From the NCBI GenBank assembly GCA_051313645.2, contig JBNRSN020000030.1, forward strand, positions 37,944,001 through 38,008,000: DNA of 64,000 nucleotides, written 5' to 3'. Below the pieces are notes generated by a model, which saw nothing but the letters and a program-made list of their open reading frames with translations, had not been told where the DNA came from and did no database searches. How positions within the stretch are numbered: position 1 is the first letter of the stretch; the number at the start of each line of letters is the position of its first letter. The stretch is from Centroscyllium fabricii (taxonomy: Eukaryota). Below, in pieces: positions 37,179-49,878 of this stretch. The translations under genes were made by a program, and so were the position numbers.

Positions 37179-37806
37179 TGCCAGCGAGCGCCCTTCCAGG
37201 TTCTCACTTCGGCATTTAAAAAGTTTCATACCGGGTGTTTGTTCAATGTTGCTCCAGGGCTCAGTGACCAGGGATATCATCTCCCCCGGGGATTTGCCCA
37301 GCCTGTGCTCGGTGTATGGGGAGGATTGTCCCGGGTCCGTGGTATCTTGCAGCCCAGGGATGGACAATAACCTCCTGAGCTCTGGTGCTCTGTAAACCGA
37401 GTCATTAAGGGTTTGTCTCGGCGTCTGAAATGCGGCTTAGATCTGCTGGTTTTAACCGAGGCCGTCGCTGCGAGATGTTGCATTTTTTCACGTTTATTCA
37501 GAGGAATTTCCGCTGTCAGGAGCTGAAAAGGACCAAGCCCTGAAATACACAAGACGAATGATAAGAAATGTGAGGAATTGTGATCAACTCTTTAAAGGCT
37601 TTTCTGGTGGTTTTGTGGCTGACTTGTTTTAATCGCCATTCATTAACCGACAGCGTTTTTTAGAATGAATGAAATGCTCACACTGAGGGATTATCCAAAC
37701 TTCAATAACGTAACTTTAATAATTTATGAAAATGCATTAATTGATTAAGTTTTATCACCTGTCCGATCTTAGATATAATTCACAAAAATGGTACTCTCGA
37801 ACATAA

Positions 37807-37879
37807 TGTTCCCGCCCGGGATCGAACCGGGGATCTTTCGCGTGTAAAGCGAACGTGATAACCGCTACACTACGGAAAC
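37807..37879 (-). tRNA. tRNA-Val(TAC), intact cloverleaf
   Basis: GTTTCCGTAGTGTAGCGGTTATCACGTTCGCTTTACACGCGAAAGATCCCCGGTTCGATCCCGGGCGGGAACA; acceptor, anticodon and T stems pair; T5 run ~20 nt downstream. Confidence 0.92.
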
Positions 37880-38841
37880 CACTGCTACAAGCTATCTCCA
37901 GAAATATCTGTTCAAGGAGAAGGTTATTAATTTGCCATCAGTAACATCTCTCTGACCCAAACTGCACAAGTCAAAAATGTTCCTTTCAGTTTCATTGAAG
38001 TCCCGAAATCACCCAAATCATCTCAATCAGATGCCTCTGATTTTGCCCACGGAATCTCTGTCCATTTGCCATTTTCTGCTTCCATCCATACGACTTACTG
38101 TGCCACTAACGTAGTGCCGTTAACCGTGGTAATATCTGCCTATAGAAGACTCTTGGATTACCTTTTATGTTATCTGTAATTCTATTCTCACAGCCTCTCT
38201 TTGCCCCTCTTAATTTGCTTCTCACTTCTCCTCTGAACTTTCTATATTTAGTCTGCTTCTCAGCTATATTAGATAGTTGAAGTCCCCGATTATCACTGCT
38301 CTATAGTTCATAGTCAAAGAGTCATAACGGCATCGAGTCTGTGCTGGCCTTCTGTAGAGTAATCAACTCAGTCCCGTTCCCCCGCTCTGTCGCCGTAACC
38401 TGCGAAGTTAATTTCCCTCGAGTGCCTATCCATTATTCACTTGAAAACAATAAGTGTTTCCTTTTCCACCACTTCTGTCGGCAGGGAAATCCAGGTCCGC
38501 ACTGCTCGTTGACGTAAAAAATAGTTTTCCTAACGTCCAATCTGTCCCTCTTACCCAATACCTTAAATCTGTTTCCCCATGGTATTTTAATATCAACTCG
38601 TGGGACCTGCTTTTCCACGCGTAAGCTAACTCATCATAATGTAGTAGACCTCTATCAAACCACCCCCTAATCTCCTTAGTCTTAGAATACTCTTATGCAG
38701 CGCCTTGAGCTGTTTTATTTTGTTAAAGGCGTTATTTAAATACATGTTGGTGTTAAAATGAAAACAAATGCAGCTTCTGCAGCCTCCTTGTATCTAGGAT
38801 CCCGCATCACAGCGATCATCCTGGTGATTCGCCACTGTACC

Positions 38842-39439
38842 TGTTCTGGACCTGTAACATGCCGACAGCGACGTCGAGTGGCAAATGTTGCTCGTACTCC
38901 CGAATCACAGTCTTGCAAAGCAATGTGTCCTTTGACCTTCGACCTGTCAGCAACAGCAAGTAGTTTTGGAGGTAGTTCGCCGTGTTCTAAGCCAGAGACA
39001 GCATCGTAGGCAGGCTTCTGGCATCACATGCCATCTAGATTCACGTATTAGGCAAGACACAATGTCTGTGAGTATCCTTGCTTAATAGTATACAAACTAC
39101 ATCCTCCACACTATATTTTGTTGATACTTTGTAAATAGGAAGTTTCTTAGCTGACAGATATTAAGGATCGGCCTTAATGCTGTTTATTTCTATAGTTACA
39201 TATTTATCTGTATTACGCAGTCTTCTATTTCCATAGACATGTCTGTTGCATCTTGCATAACACCTAGTGTATAGTATGCACCTTTATGTAAAGAACATAT
39301 TTCGTTTTGTTACCGTTTCACAACTTTATTCGAGTACAGCTTCAAAACAGACATGAACTTTCTCTCGAGGAGTTATTTGAATAAGTGTTTAGCTGGCTGG
39401 ATAAGCTAGATAGCAACTACATCTAGTTGATCCATTGCA
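38842..39439. mobile_element. Solo LTR type A
   Basis: GTACC|TG...CA|GTACC. Confidence 0.7.
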
Positions 39440-40742
39440 GTACCCTCCAAGGTCCTTCACATCCTTCCCAAAGTGTGGTGACCAGATCTGGATGCATAAA
39501 TCTGCTGGCGGCCTGACCGGTGTTTTGTAAACAATCAGAATAAATTCTCTACTTTTGTACCCAATACCTCTATTTATGAAGCACAATATCCCATATGCTT
39601 TGTTAACCACTCTCTCCACATGACCTGCCACCTTCAAGGACCTATGCACATTAACTCTCAGGTGCATCTGTCCCCGCACAATCTTTTAAACTGTGCCATT
39701 ATGTGTATATTGCCTCTCCCTGTTTCTTCTGATAAAATGCGTCACCTCACATTTCTCTGTAGTAAATTCCATCTGCCACCTTTCTGCCATTCCGCTGGCC
39801 TTTCCATGTCCAGCTGCAGTCGATTGGTATCATCCTCACTGTGTGTTGCACCCCCAAGGTTGTTTCAGTCGGCATATTTAGAAATTATACACTGCACTCA
39901 AATATCCAGGCCAATTATAAATATCACAAAAGTCATGCCACCAGCAGTGACCCTTGGGAAACAGTTCTGTCTACCATCATCTAGTGTGCAAAACAGGCAT
40001 TTACAACAACTCGCTGTTTTCCATCCTTAAGCCAATTCCTTACTCAAGCTGCCATGATCTACCTATTCCATGAACCTCAATTTTATTAACCAGCCACCTA
40101 TATGGTAATTTGTGAAACGCTTGACTAAAACCAAAGTCGACAACATCCACTGCATTCCCTTCTGTGCAGTCTTCAGCGAACATCGCCATTTTTGAAATTA
40201 TTTTGGAAGCAAAGTCATTGCTGAACCAGCTGTAGATCGTTGGGACTAGGACAATGCCCTGTAGAGACTCCTCATGAATGTGATGAACTCTATCAGATCG
40301 CCTCGCAATCTTCTCTGTTCTAAGGTGGACAACTTCTCCAGTCTACCCAACTAACTGCAGTCCCTCATCCCGCGAAACCTGCTTGTAAATCTTTACTGCC
40401 ATTACATCATTCTTAAAATGTTGCACCCAGAATCCACCAGCTGAGTCCTCAGCAGTGATGTATAACGGATTAGCATTTCTGCCTTGCTGTTGTAATCTAT
40501 TGCTCTATTAATAAAGCCAAGTATCCCGTGTGCTTTTTAAAAGATTTCTCAACTTGTCCCGCCACCTTCAAAGATGGAGAAACCTTTGGTAAATCTAGGT
40601 CTGTCTGTTCCTGCACACGATTTAAAATTGAATCATTTAGTTTATATTGCCTCAGATCATTCTTCCCCTAAAACTGGATCACTTCACACTTTTCTGTGCT
40701 AAATAACATCGGCTATGCCTCTGCCCATTTCCCCACTCTGTA

Positions 40743-41119
40743 AGTCAAGTCAAGTCAAATTTATTGTCACATGTACCAAACAAAAATTGAGACAGTGAAA
40801 TGCATATTGCTTTCCGAACGCTACATCAACCGCACAACAAGAACACTAAGATGCACAGCACGCACGGAACCCGCAAGACGTCAGCCATTTTTCCGGCACC
40901 ATCATCGTGTGTCCACTTATGCTCCGCCCTCTCAGTGATGTCATCATCCTCCTCTGTTCCATCCACCACAATAGGCCGCTGAATTCAATGTTGACACTCG
41001 TCGCAGATGCAAAGCACAGTGTCCGATGGCCCAGGAGCCGAATTCCCGGAGCGATGTCTGATGTCCCGGGGTCTGCCTCTTGGCCCGATGACACCGCGGC
41101 ACACCCAAGATCTTCCAAA
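40743..41119 (-). mobile_element. Non-LTR retroelement 3' fragment, unit-specific
   Basis: Minus strand ends AATAAATTTGACTTGACTTGACTT; absent from the matching site (cactctgtcgatgtcc) in other units. Confidence 0.7.
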
Positions 41120-41956
41120 GATGTCTTCATGATGCCTGTTACTCTCCGTGTCATTATTTACTACATTCTTGAGTTTCCTTCCATTTGGAAACTTTAAAAT
41201 TATGCCGAGTATACACAAATCTAGGTCATTAATATATATCGAAATGAGCAGGGGTCCTAATACCGACCCCTGGCGAACACCTCTCTATACTTCCCTCCAG
41301 TCTGAACATTAACCGTTCACCAATGTTTACAAATAACACACGAGCACAGCATCGTACTCATTCTATAAACATTCATTTATATATAATCTCCACACCCGCA
41401 TACTCAACAACAAAAACATCGTGCATTTATAGGCGCCTTTAAAGCCGCTTCACAGGCACGATTCTCAGACAGAATTTGACACCGAGCCACACAAGTACTT
41501 ATTAGGACAGGTGACCGAAAGCTTGGTCCAAGTTGCAGATTTTAAGGAGCGTCTTAAAGGAGGATAGAGAGGCGGAGAGGTTCAGGGAGGGAACTCCAGA
41601 GTTTCGGGCCTCGGCTTACACACCCACACTTTATATTTTTACACCGCCTTCTGCCAGTTCTCAATATTGTTTCCCGCCGCAAGTTTTATTGTTTTTCAGA
41701 AGCTGCTCGAAGTGTTGTGTATTTTGAGCAGTTTCCCAGTTGATTTCCCTGTGATGTGATGATTGTGGGGGCTCGGTGCGGGTAATTGGATTTGCTGCAG
41801 TCCGCCGGCAGCAGGTGGTGAAAGCGGGCGGGAGACGGTGAGTGACAGGTGAGCGCTGCTTCTGATGCTGACTGACACCCGGAGTGAGTGTGCGGAGATC
41901 TCAAAGGCTTTAATTACTCCAAGGCAGGCGGAATGAAAGAGTGTTTGAGGAACGTG

Positions 41957-41968
41957 CATATATAAAAA
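41957..41968 (+). promoter_or_regulatory. TATA-like element upstream of tRNA-Trp
   Basis: CATATATAAAAA about 20-31 nt upstream of the tRNA; conserved in five units. Confidence 0.5.
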
Positions 41969-41987
41969 CATCCAGGGGTATGATGTG

Positions 41988-42059
41988 GACCTCGTGGCGT
42001 AACAGTAGCGCGTGTGACTCCAAATCGGAAGGCTGCGTGTTCAAATCACGTCGGGGTCA
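41988..42059 (+). pseudogene. tRNA-Trp(CCA) pseudogene
   Basis: Canonical GACCTCG/CGGGGTC acceptor and T arm; D-loop GG lost and anticodon stem mismatched. Confidence 0.87.
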
Positions 42060-42325
42060 TTATTATGCTAGCTTATCCCGGAGTTATAATTTTCTTTGCT
42101 GTTTCACAATAACCTGACTCTTTCTCTAAAGTCGTTCTCACTGTTTCCCCAATGTCAGAGAGAGAAGCGACTGATGCTCTCATTTATTTAATTTTACTGT
42201 TCACAAATACAGGTGTTCGTTCAAAATCAACCTGCAGGTGGTCACACATGAAATAAACAGAGCGAGAGAGACAGATATAATCGGGAAACACCGCGAAATA
42301 GGCAAGAGATATTGACAAGCAGAAT

Positions 42326-42569
42326 TTTCCGCGACCAGAACCTCTCATTATTGATGAAGAACTGGAGCCTGTCCCAAAAAACTATCAACACAGAGCTGGA
42401 TATACTGGGGTTTATAAAGATTGCTGATATTACCAGCCCACCTGTCCTCTCTCGACACTTGGTTCTACCCATAGCCCTGAATAAAGAAGGTGATGACGTA
42501 GGGAGTGGAGTACCTGAAGAAACTGAAGATGAGAACTCTGCCTCTCAGGTTGCTGGAAAGATGCCGTAG
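42326..42569 (+). pseudogene. INTS14: INTS14 coding fragment, frameshifted
   Basis: TINTELDILGFIKIADITSPPVLSRHLVLPIALNKEGDDVGSGVPEETEDENSASQVAGKMP*. Confidence 0.88.
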
Positions 42570-43317
42570 TTTTGAGTCTAATTGCGCTTTGCGATCAGAA
42601 CATTGCCTGACGGCGGGTGGATAATGAAAGGGCTTTTGATACTTGATTTCCTTCCACACCTTAGCATTCATAGAACCTTGTTCCTGGTTTGCAGAACTAG
42701 TTAAACACCTGGAACTGAGTTAGCAGACGCCTGACTGCAATCAGAGCCAAATAATTTCAATGTGATCAGACCCGGCGAGCTCAGTCGGCAGAGTGAGAGA
42801 CTCTTAATGTGATGTTCGTTGTTTCCAGCCCCATGTTGGACGAAAGAGTTTTGGTAAACTTTTATGTTGCTTTCACGGGAAAGCATCATTATTAACCAAT
42901 AATCTTCTTTTGCTCAATGAAACAAATTGTAACGGAGGGAGATTCGACATTTCAGTAATTTGTACTGTTGCCCATATCTCATTTTACAAACGGAACTTTA
43001 GGAGTCTCGTTTAAACATCTGCATTGCTGAAGACACCTGGATCTGGGAAACTTTAGTGAAATTTAACAATAGCGGTTATTTCTATTTGTACAGAAAATAG
43101 AATCGGTTGTGAACATAAAATCCCATTGTGCTGAACTTCAGATTCAACGCAATCAGCTTTAAATTAGGGTGAAATTATTTTACAGTTTAAATATTTGGAA
43201 GTAAATGTTACTCGTATTTGTGCCTTTAATTACAGTTTGTGTCGTCTGACTCCCGCTCATGTCTCTTGTTCCTCTGTTGAGTAAGAAAGGAGGGTCTTGA
43301 GTTTGACCAGACTGCAC

Positions 43318-43351
43318 TGACCCTGATATTTGTGAGCTCATCCTTTATATT
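43318..43351 (+). promoter_or_regulatory. PSE-like motif and TATA box upstream of vault RNA
   Basis: TGACCCTGATATTTG at -58 and TTTATATT at -32 to -25; TATA conserved in all six copies, upstream motif TG(A/G)CCCTGATATTT. Confidence 0.5.
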
Positions 43352-43375
43352 GAGCGGCTTCTCGCTCGCTGATTG

Positions 43376-43465
43376 ACGTCAGCTTTAGCTCAGCGGTTAC
43401 TTCGCAGCATCAACTTCATTATAAGTTCGAGCCCTATCGCACCGCGGACGCTGTCTGGCGTTTTT
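43376..43465 (+). ncRNA. Vault RNA gene copy 4
   Basis: Intact box A (TAGCTCAGCGG), box B (GTTCGAGCC), terminal stem and T5 terminator. Confidence 0.9.
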
Positions 43466-43975
43466 ATTTTCAATTTCTTTTACACCGAAACAAATTTTAC
43501 CCGTGATTTTAATTTAGCAGTGTGATATATTTAGAGGGAAACTTTAAACGATTCGCAACCCATTCATATCAGAACTGACGCCCGGATCCGCTCCCCAGTT
43601 ATGGAATTAATTTGGTCTCACCGTTTTTCATTCATTAATGTGGAGTACTTTTATCAATTAATATCATGCATCTAATGTGATAAAATGAGAATTGATTTAA
43701 TATCCAATACTGAACCAATAACATTTATTTTGCAAAATGAAATACATTTTCACATGAGAGTAAATTCGCCACAGGACGTGAAAGTTGCAACAAAAAATTT
43801 CCCCCAACGTGACAGCTGCTACTCTGCGGTAAACTCTCCACTTTCAGTACCAGACCTGATGGAAATGTCCAGCGAGCAGGTGAACCGCTGAAACCTACTT
43901 TTGAGGGATGTCCCAAAGATTTTCACAGTGGCTGTCAAAACAAATGAGCGGCACCTTGTAAATAAATATAGAGAT

Positions 43976-44058
43976 GGTCATAAGTGGGATTAGCACCCAA
44001 GCTTCCAGAAGCGATTGCGATTTGAACGCAGCGCCTGAAAACGCTCGGCCACCCTGAC
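43976..44058 (-). pseudogene. tRNA-Leu pseudogene
   Basis: 83-nt homolog of 22076-22158. Confidence 0.85.
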
Positions 44059-44687
44059 TGCTGGTAAACCTATTTGCAAGTTCTCAGTTCCGCATTTGAA
44101 ATGTTTCAGACCGGGTGCTTTTTCACTGCTGCTCGAAGGCTCAGTGACCGGGATATCATCTCCCCGGGGATTTACCGAGCCTGTGCTCGGTTTATGGAGT
44201 GATTTGACCCGGGTCCGTGGTATCTTGCAGCCCAGCGATGGACAATTAGTCTCTGAGCTCTGGTGCTGTGTAAGAGCGAGTATTTAACGGGGTTGTCTCC
44301 GCGTCTGGAATGCAGCCTAGATCTGCCGTTATTAACCGAGGCCGCGGCTGCGAGATGTCGCATTTTTTCAGGTTTATTCAGAGGAATTACCGCAGAGAGG
44401 AACTGAAAAGGGCCAAGCGCTGATATACTCAAGACGAAAGATAAGAAATGTAACAAATTGTGATCAACTCTTTAAGGTCTTTTCTGGTAGTTCGGTGTAT
44501 TAATTGTTTTAATCGCAATTCATTAACCGACAGCGTTCTTGCAGAATGAAAGAAAAGCTCACACTGAGGGATTATCCAAATTTCAATAACGTAACTTTAA
44601 AAATTCATGAAAATGTATTAATTGATGAAGTTTTATGAACTATCGGATCTTAGATTTAATGCTCTCAAATGATACTCTCGAAAATAA

Positions 44688-44760
44688 TGTTCCCGTCCGC
44701 GATCGAACCGGGGATTCTTCGCGTGCAAAGCGAACGTGATAACCGCTACACTACGGAAAC
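44688..44760 (-). pseudogene. tRNA-Val-derived pseudogene with TGC anticodon
   Basis: Val body, loop TT-TGC-AC, two T-stem mismatches. Confidence 0.82.
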
Positions 44761-45720
44761 CACTGCTACAAGCTGCCTCTAGAAATATCTGTTCAAGGAG
44801 AAGGTTATTAATTTGCCATCAGTAACATTACTTTCACCCAAACTGCGCAAGTCAAACATATTTCGTTCAATTTCATTGAAGTCCCGAAATCACCCAAATC
44901 TTCTCAATCAGATGCCTCTGATTTTGCCCACGGAATCTCTGTCCATTTGCCATTTTCTGCTTCCATCCACACGACTTACTGTGCCACTAACTTAGTGCCG
45001 TGAAACATGGTAATATCTGCCTATAGAAGACTCTTGGATTGCCTTTTATGTTATCTGTAATTCTATTCTCACAGCCTCTCTTTGCCCCTCTTAATTTGCT
45101 TTTCACTTCTCCTCTGAACTTTCTATATTTAGTCTGCTTCTCAGCTATATTAGATAGTTGAAGTCCCCGATTATCACTGCTCTATAGTTCATAGTAAAAG
45201 AGTCATAACGGCATCGAGTCTGTGCTGGCCTTCTGTAGAGTAATCCACTCAGTCCCATCCCCCGCTCTATCCCCGTAACCTGCTAAGTTAATTTCCCTCA
45301 AGTGCCTATCCATTATTCACTTGAAAACAATGAGGTTTTCCCATTTCACCACTTCCGTCGGCAGGGAAATCCAGGTCCGCACTGCTCGTTGGGAAAAAGA
45401 AATTTGCCTAACGTCCAATCTGTCCCTGTTGCCCAATACCTTAAATCTGTTACCCCATGGTATTTAATATCAACTCGTGGGACCTGCTTTTCCACGCCTA
45501 ACCTAACTCATCACAATGTAGTAGACCTCTATCAAATCACCCCCTAAGCTCCATAATCATAGAATACACTTATGTAGCGCCTTGGGACGTTTTATTATGT
45601 TAAAGGCGCTATCTAAGTACAGGTTGGTGTTAAAATGAAAACAAATGCAGCTTCTCCAGCATGTCCTTGTATCTAGGATCCCCCATCACAGGCATCATCC
45701 TGGTGAATCTCCACTGTACC

Positions 45721-46268
45721 TGTTCTGGACCTGTAACATGCCGACAGCGACGTCGAGATGCAAATGTTTCTAGTACTCCCGAATGAGTCTTCTAAAGGAA
45801 TGTGTCCTTTGACCTTCGACCTGTCAGCAACAGCAAGTAATTTTGGAGGTAGTTTGCTGTGTATATGCCAGAGCCAGCATCGTATCCAGGCTTCTGGAAT
45901 CTAATGACATCTCGTTTCATGTGTTAGGCAAGACACAATGTCTGTGAATATCCGTGCTCAATAGTAATACAAACTACATCGTCTGTACTATTTTGTTGAT
46001 ACTTTGTAATTAAGAAGTTTCTTAGCTGCCAGATATTAAGGATCGGCCTCAATGCTGTTTATCTCTATTTATCTCTATTCTCTTTCCATAGACATGTTTG
46101 TGACATCTTGTATATCACCTACTGTATAGTATTTACCTTTATGTAAATAACATATTTTGTCCTGTTACCGTTTCAACATTTTATTTGAGTAAAGGTTCAA
46201 AACAGACAAGACCTGTCTCCCGAGCAGATATTTGAATAAGTGTTTAGCTGGCTGGATAAGCTAGTACA
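45721..46268. mobile_element. Solo LTR type A
   Basis: GTACC|TGTTCTGG...AGTACA|GTACC with small internal deletions. Confidence 0.7.
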
Positions 46269-48451
46269 GTACCCTCTAAGGGCCTTCACATCCTTCCCAA
46301 AGTGTGGCGACCTGATCTGGATGCAGTAATGTGGTTGCGGCCTGACCGGTGTTTTATAAACAATCAGAATAACTTCTCTACATTTGTACTCAATACCTCT
46401 ATTTATGAAGCACAATATCCCATATGTTTTGTCATCCACTCTCTCCACATGACCTGCCACCTTCAAGGACCTGTTCACATTAACTCCCAGGTACATCTGT
46501 CCTTGCACAATCTTCAAAACTGTGCCATTATGTGTATATTGCCTTTCACTGTTCCTTCTGCCAAAATGTATCATCTCACACTTCTCTGTAGTAAATTCCA
46601 ACAGCCACTTGTCTGCCATTCCGCGAGCCTTTCTATGATCTGCTGCAGTCGAGTGGTATTATCCTCACTCTGTGTTACACCGCCAGGTTTGGTGCCGTGG
46701 AAGTAGTTAGAAATTCTACTTTGTTATCCAATATCCAGGCCATTTATAAATATCACAAAAGTCATGACACCAGCACTGCCACTTGGGGAACAACACTGTC
46801 TACCATCATCTAGTGTGATAAACAGCCACTTACCACAACTCGCTGTTCTCTATTCTTAAGCCAATTTCATATACAAGCTGCCACTGACTTACACAACTTT
46901 GTTAACCAGCCTTCTATGCGGTAATTTGTCAAATGCCTTACTAAAATTCTTGTCGACAAATTCCATGCATTTTCTTCCCTGCAATCTTAAGCGAACATCC
47001 CCAGTTTTGTAATTATTTAGGAAGCAAGGTTATTGCTGAACCAGGTGAAGATCGCTGGGACTAGGAAACTGCCCTGCATCGACCCTCTCATGAATTTGAA
47101 GAACTCTATCAGAGCTCCTCGCAATCTTCTCTGTTCTAAGGAGAACAACGACTATTCTCCAGTCTACCCAAGTAACTGAAGTCGCTCATTCCTCGGAACC
47201 TGCTTGTAAATCTTTACTGCCATTCCATCCTCCATAAAAAGTTGTCCCAGAATCCACCAGCTGAGGCCTCAGCAGTGATGTATAACGGATTAGCATTACT
47301 GCCTTGCTGTTGTAATCTATTGCTCTATTAATAAAGCCAAGTATCCCGTGTGATTTTTAAAAGCCTTCTCAACTTGTCCCGCCACCTTCAAAGATAGAGA
47401 ATCCTTTTGTAAATCCAGGACTCTCTGTTCCTGCACACGATTTATCATTGAATAATTTAGTTTATATTACCTCAGTTCATTCTTCCTCTAAAACTGGATC
47501 ACTTCACATTTCTCTGTGTTAAAATGCATCGGCTATGCCTCTGCCCATTTCTCAACTCTGTCGTGGCCTCATGAAGTCTGATACTTTCCGTGTCATTATT
47601 TACCTCATTACTGAGTTTCCTGCCACATGCAAACTTTGAAATTATGCCGAGTATACAGTAGTCCAGGTCATTAATATATATCGAAAGGAGCAGGGGTCCT
47701 AATACCGACCTCTGTGGAACACCTCTCTATACTTCCCTCCATTCTGAAAATTAACCGTTCACCAATATTTACAATTAACACACGAGCAAAGCATCGTGCT
47801 CATTCTATAAATACCCATTTATATATAAACACCAGACCCATATACACAACAACAAAAACACCTTGCATATATACAGCGCCTTTAAATTATTAAGACTTCC
47901 CAAGCTGTTTCACTGGCTCGATTCTCAGACAGAATTTGACACCGAGCCAGGTAAGGAGATATTAGGACAGGTGACCGAAAGCTTGGTCCAAGTTGTAGAT
48001 TTTAAGGAGCGTCTTAAAGGAGGAAAGAGAGGCGGAGAGGTTCAGGGAGGGAACTCCAGAGCTTCGGGCCTCGGCTCACACACCCACACTTTATATTTTT
48101 ACACCGCCATCTGCCAGTCCTGAATATTGTTTCCCGCCGTAAGTTTAATTGATTTTCAGAAGCTGCTCTACCTGTTGCGTATTTTGAGCAGTTTCCCAGT
48201 TGATTTCCCTGTGATGTGATGATTGTGGGAGCTCGGTGCGGGTAATTGGATTTGCTGCAGTCCGCCGGCAGCAGGTGGTGAAAGCGGGCGGGAGACGGTG
48301 AGTGACAGGTGAGCGCTGCTTCTGATGCTGTCTGACTCCCGGTGGGAGTGGGCGGGGATTTTAATGGCCTTTCAATACTCCAAGGCTGGAGGAAGGAAAC
48401 TGTGTTTGAGGATGGTCCATATATAAAAACATGCACGAGGGTGACGATGTG

Positions 48452-48496
48452 GACATCGTGGTCAGAAGGCTGCGTGTTCAAATCACGTCGGTGTCA
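48452..48496 (+). pseudogene. tRNA-Trp pseudogene with a 27-nt internal deletion
   Basis: GACATCGTGG joined directly to TCAGAAGGCTGCGTGTTCAAATCACGTCGGTGTCA; D arm and anticodon are missing. Confidence 0.9.
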
Positions 48497-48736
48497 TTAT
48501 TCTACTCGATAATCCCGGAGTTAACCAGATTATTGCTCTTAAATTGTTCTCACTGTTTCGCCAATGTCAGGGAGTAAAGCGCCTGATACACTCGGATTTA
48601 AATTTACTAATTCACAAATACAGGTGCTCGTTCAAAATCAAACTGCAAGTGGCCACACATGGAATAAACAGAGCCAGTGAGACAGACAGAATCTGGAAAC
48701 ACCGGGAAATAGGCAAGAGATATTGACAAGCAGAAT

Positions 48737-48982
48737 TTTCCGTGACCAGAACCTGTCATTATTGATGAAGAACTGGAGCCTGTCCCAAAAACTATCAACA
48801 CAGAGCTGGATATCCTGGGGTTTATAATGATTGCTGATATTACCAGCCCACCTGTCCTCTCTCTACTCTTGGTTCTACCCATAGCCCCTAATAAAGAAGG
48901 TGATGTCGTGGGGAGTGGATTACCTGAAGAAACTGAAGATGAGAACTCTGCCTCTCAGATTGCTGGAAAAATGCCGCAGTTT
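48737..48982 (+). pseudogene. INTS14: INTS14 coding fragment, nonsense codon near the start
   Basis: FP*PEPVIIDEELEPVPKTINTELDILGFIMIADITSPPVLS...QIAGKMPQF. Confidence 0.86.
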
Positions 48983-49788
48983 TCAAACTAATTGCGGTTT
49001 ACGATCAGAACATTGCCTGAAGCCGTGTGGTTAATGAAAGGGCTTTTCATACTTGCTTTCCTTACACACCTTAGAATTCAGGAAAACCTGATTCGTGGTT
49101 TGCAGAACAAGTTAAACACCTGGAACTGAGTTAGCAGAAGCCTGGCTGCAATCAGCGCCTAAGACTTTCAAAGTGATCAGACCCGGCGAGCTCAGTCGGC
49201 AGAGTTTGAGACTCTAAATGTCATGTTCGTCGTTAACAGCCCCATGTTGGGCGAAATAATTTTGTTGACCTTTTATGTTGCTTTCACGGGAAAGCGTCAT
49301 CAATTAACCAATAATCTTCTTTCGCACAATGGAAGAAATGCTAACTGAGGGAGATTCGACATTTCAGTAATTTGGACTTTTGCCCATATCTCATTTTACA
49401 AACTGTACTTTAGGAGTCTCGTTTAAACATGTGCATTGCTGATGACACCAGGAATCTGGGCAACTTTGGTCAAATTTACCAGGACCGGTTATTTCCATTT
49501 GTACAGAAAATACAACCGGCCGTGAACATAAAATCCCATTGTGCTGAATTTCAGATTCAACGAATTCAGCTTTAAATTAGGGTGAAGTTATTTTACAGTG
49601 AAAATATTTGGAAGTAAATGTTACTCGTATTTGTGCCTTTAATTAAAGTTTGTGTCGTCTGACTCCCGCTCATGTCTCTTGTTCCTCTGTTGAGTAAGAA
49701 AGGAGGGTCTTGAGTTTGACCAGACTGCACTGGCCCTGATATTTGTGAGCTCATCCTTTATATTGAGCGGTTTCTCACTCGCTGATCG

Positions 49789-49878
49789 ACGTCGGCTTTA
49801 GCTCAGCGGTTACTTCGCAGCATCAACTTCATTGTAAGTTCGAACCCTGTCCCACCGCGGGCGCTGTCTAGCGCTTTT
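49789..49878 (+). ncRNA. Vault RNA gene copy 5
   Basis: GGCTTTAGCTCAGCGGTTACTTCG...GTTCGAACCC...CCGCGGGCGCTGTCTAGCGCTTTT; terminal stem weakened. Confidence 0.88.

Noticed and set aside
38858-38900. HADSDVEW.. resembling the TRPC channel TRP box (EWKFAR)
   Set aside because: Needs two frameshifts within a few codons and has no flanking similarity; treated as chance.
38850-39260. Minus-strand frame of ~135 codons with few stops (...KYSVEDVVCILL...ANYLQNYLLLLTGRRSKDTLL...LPLDVAVGML), considered as an endogenous viral or unknown gene relic
   Set aside because: No recognisable motif, two stops are shared by the two copies I translated, and the segment lies inside a TG..CA, 5-bp-TSD insertion better explained as a solo LTR. 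A profile search of the consensus translation would settle it.
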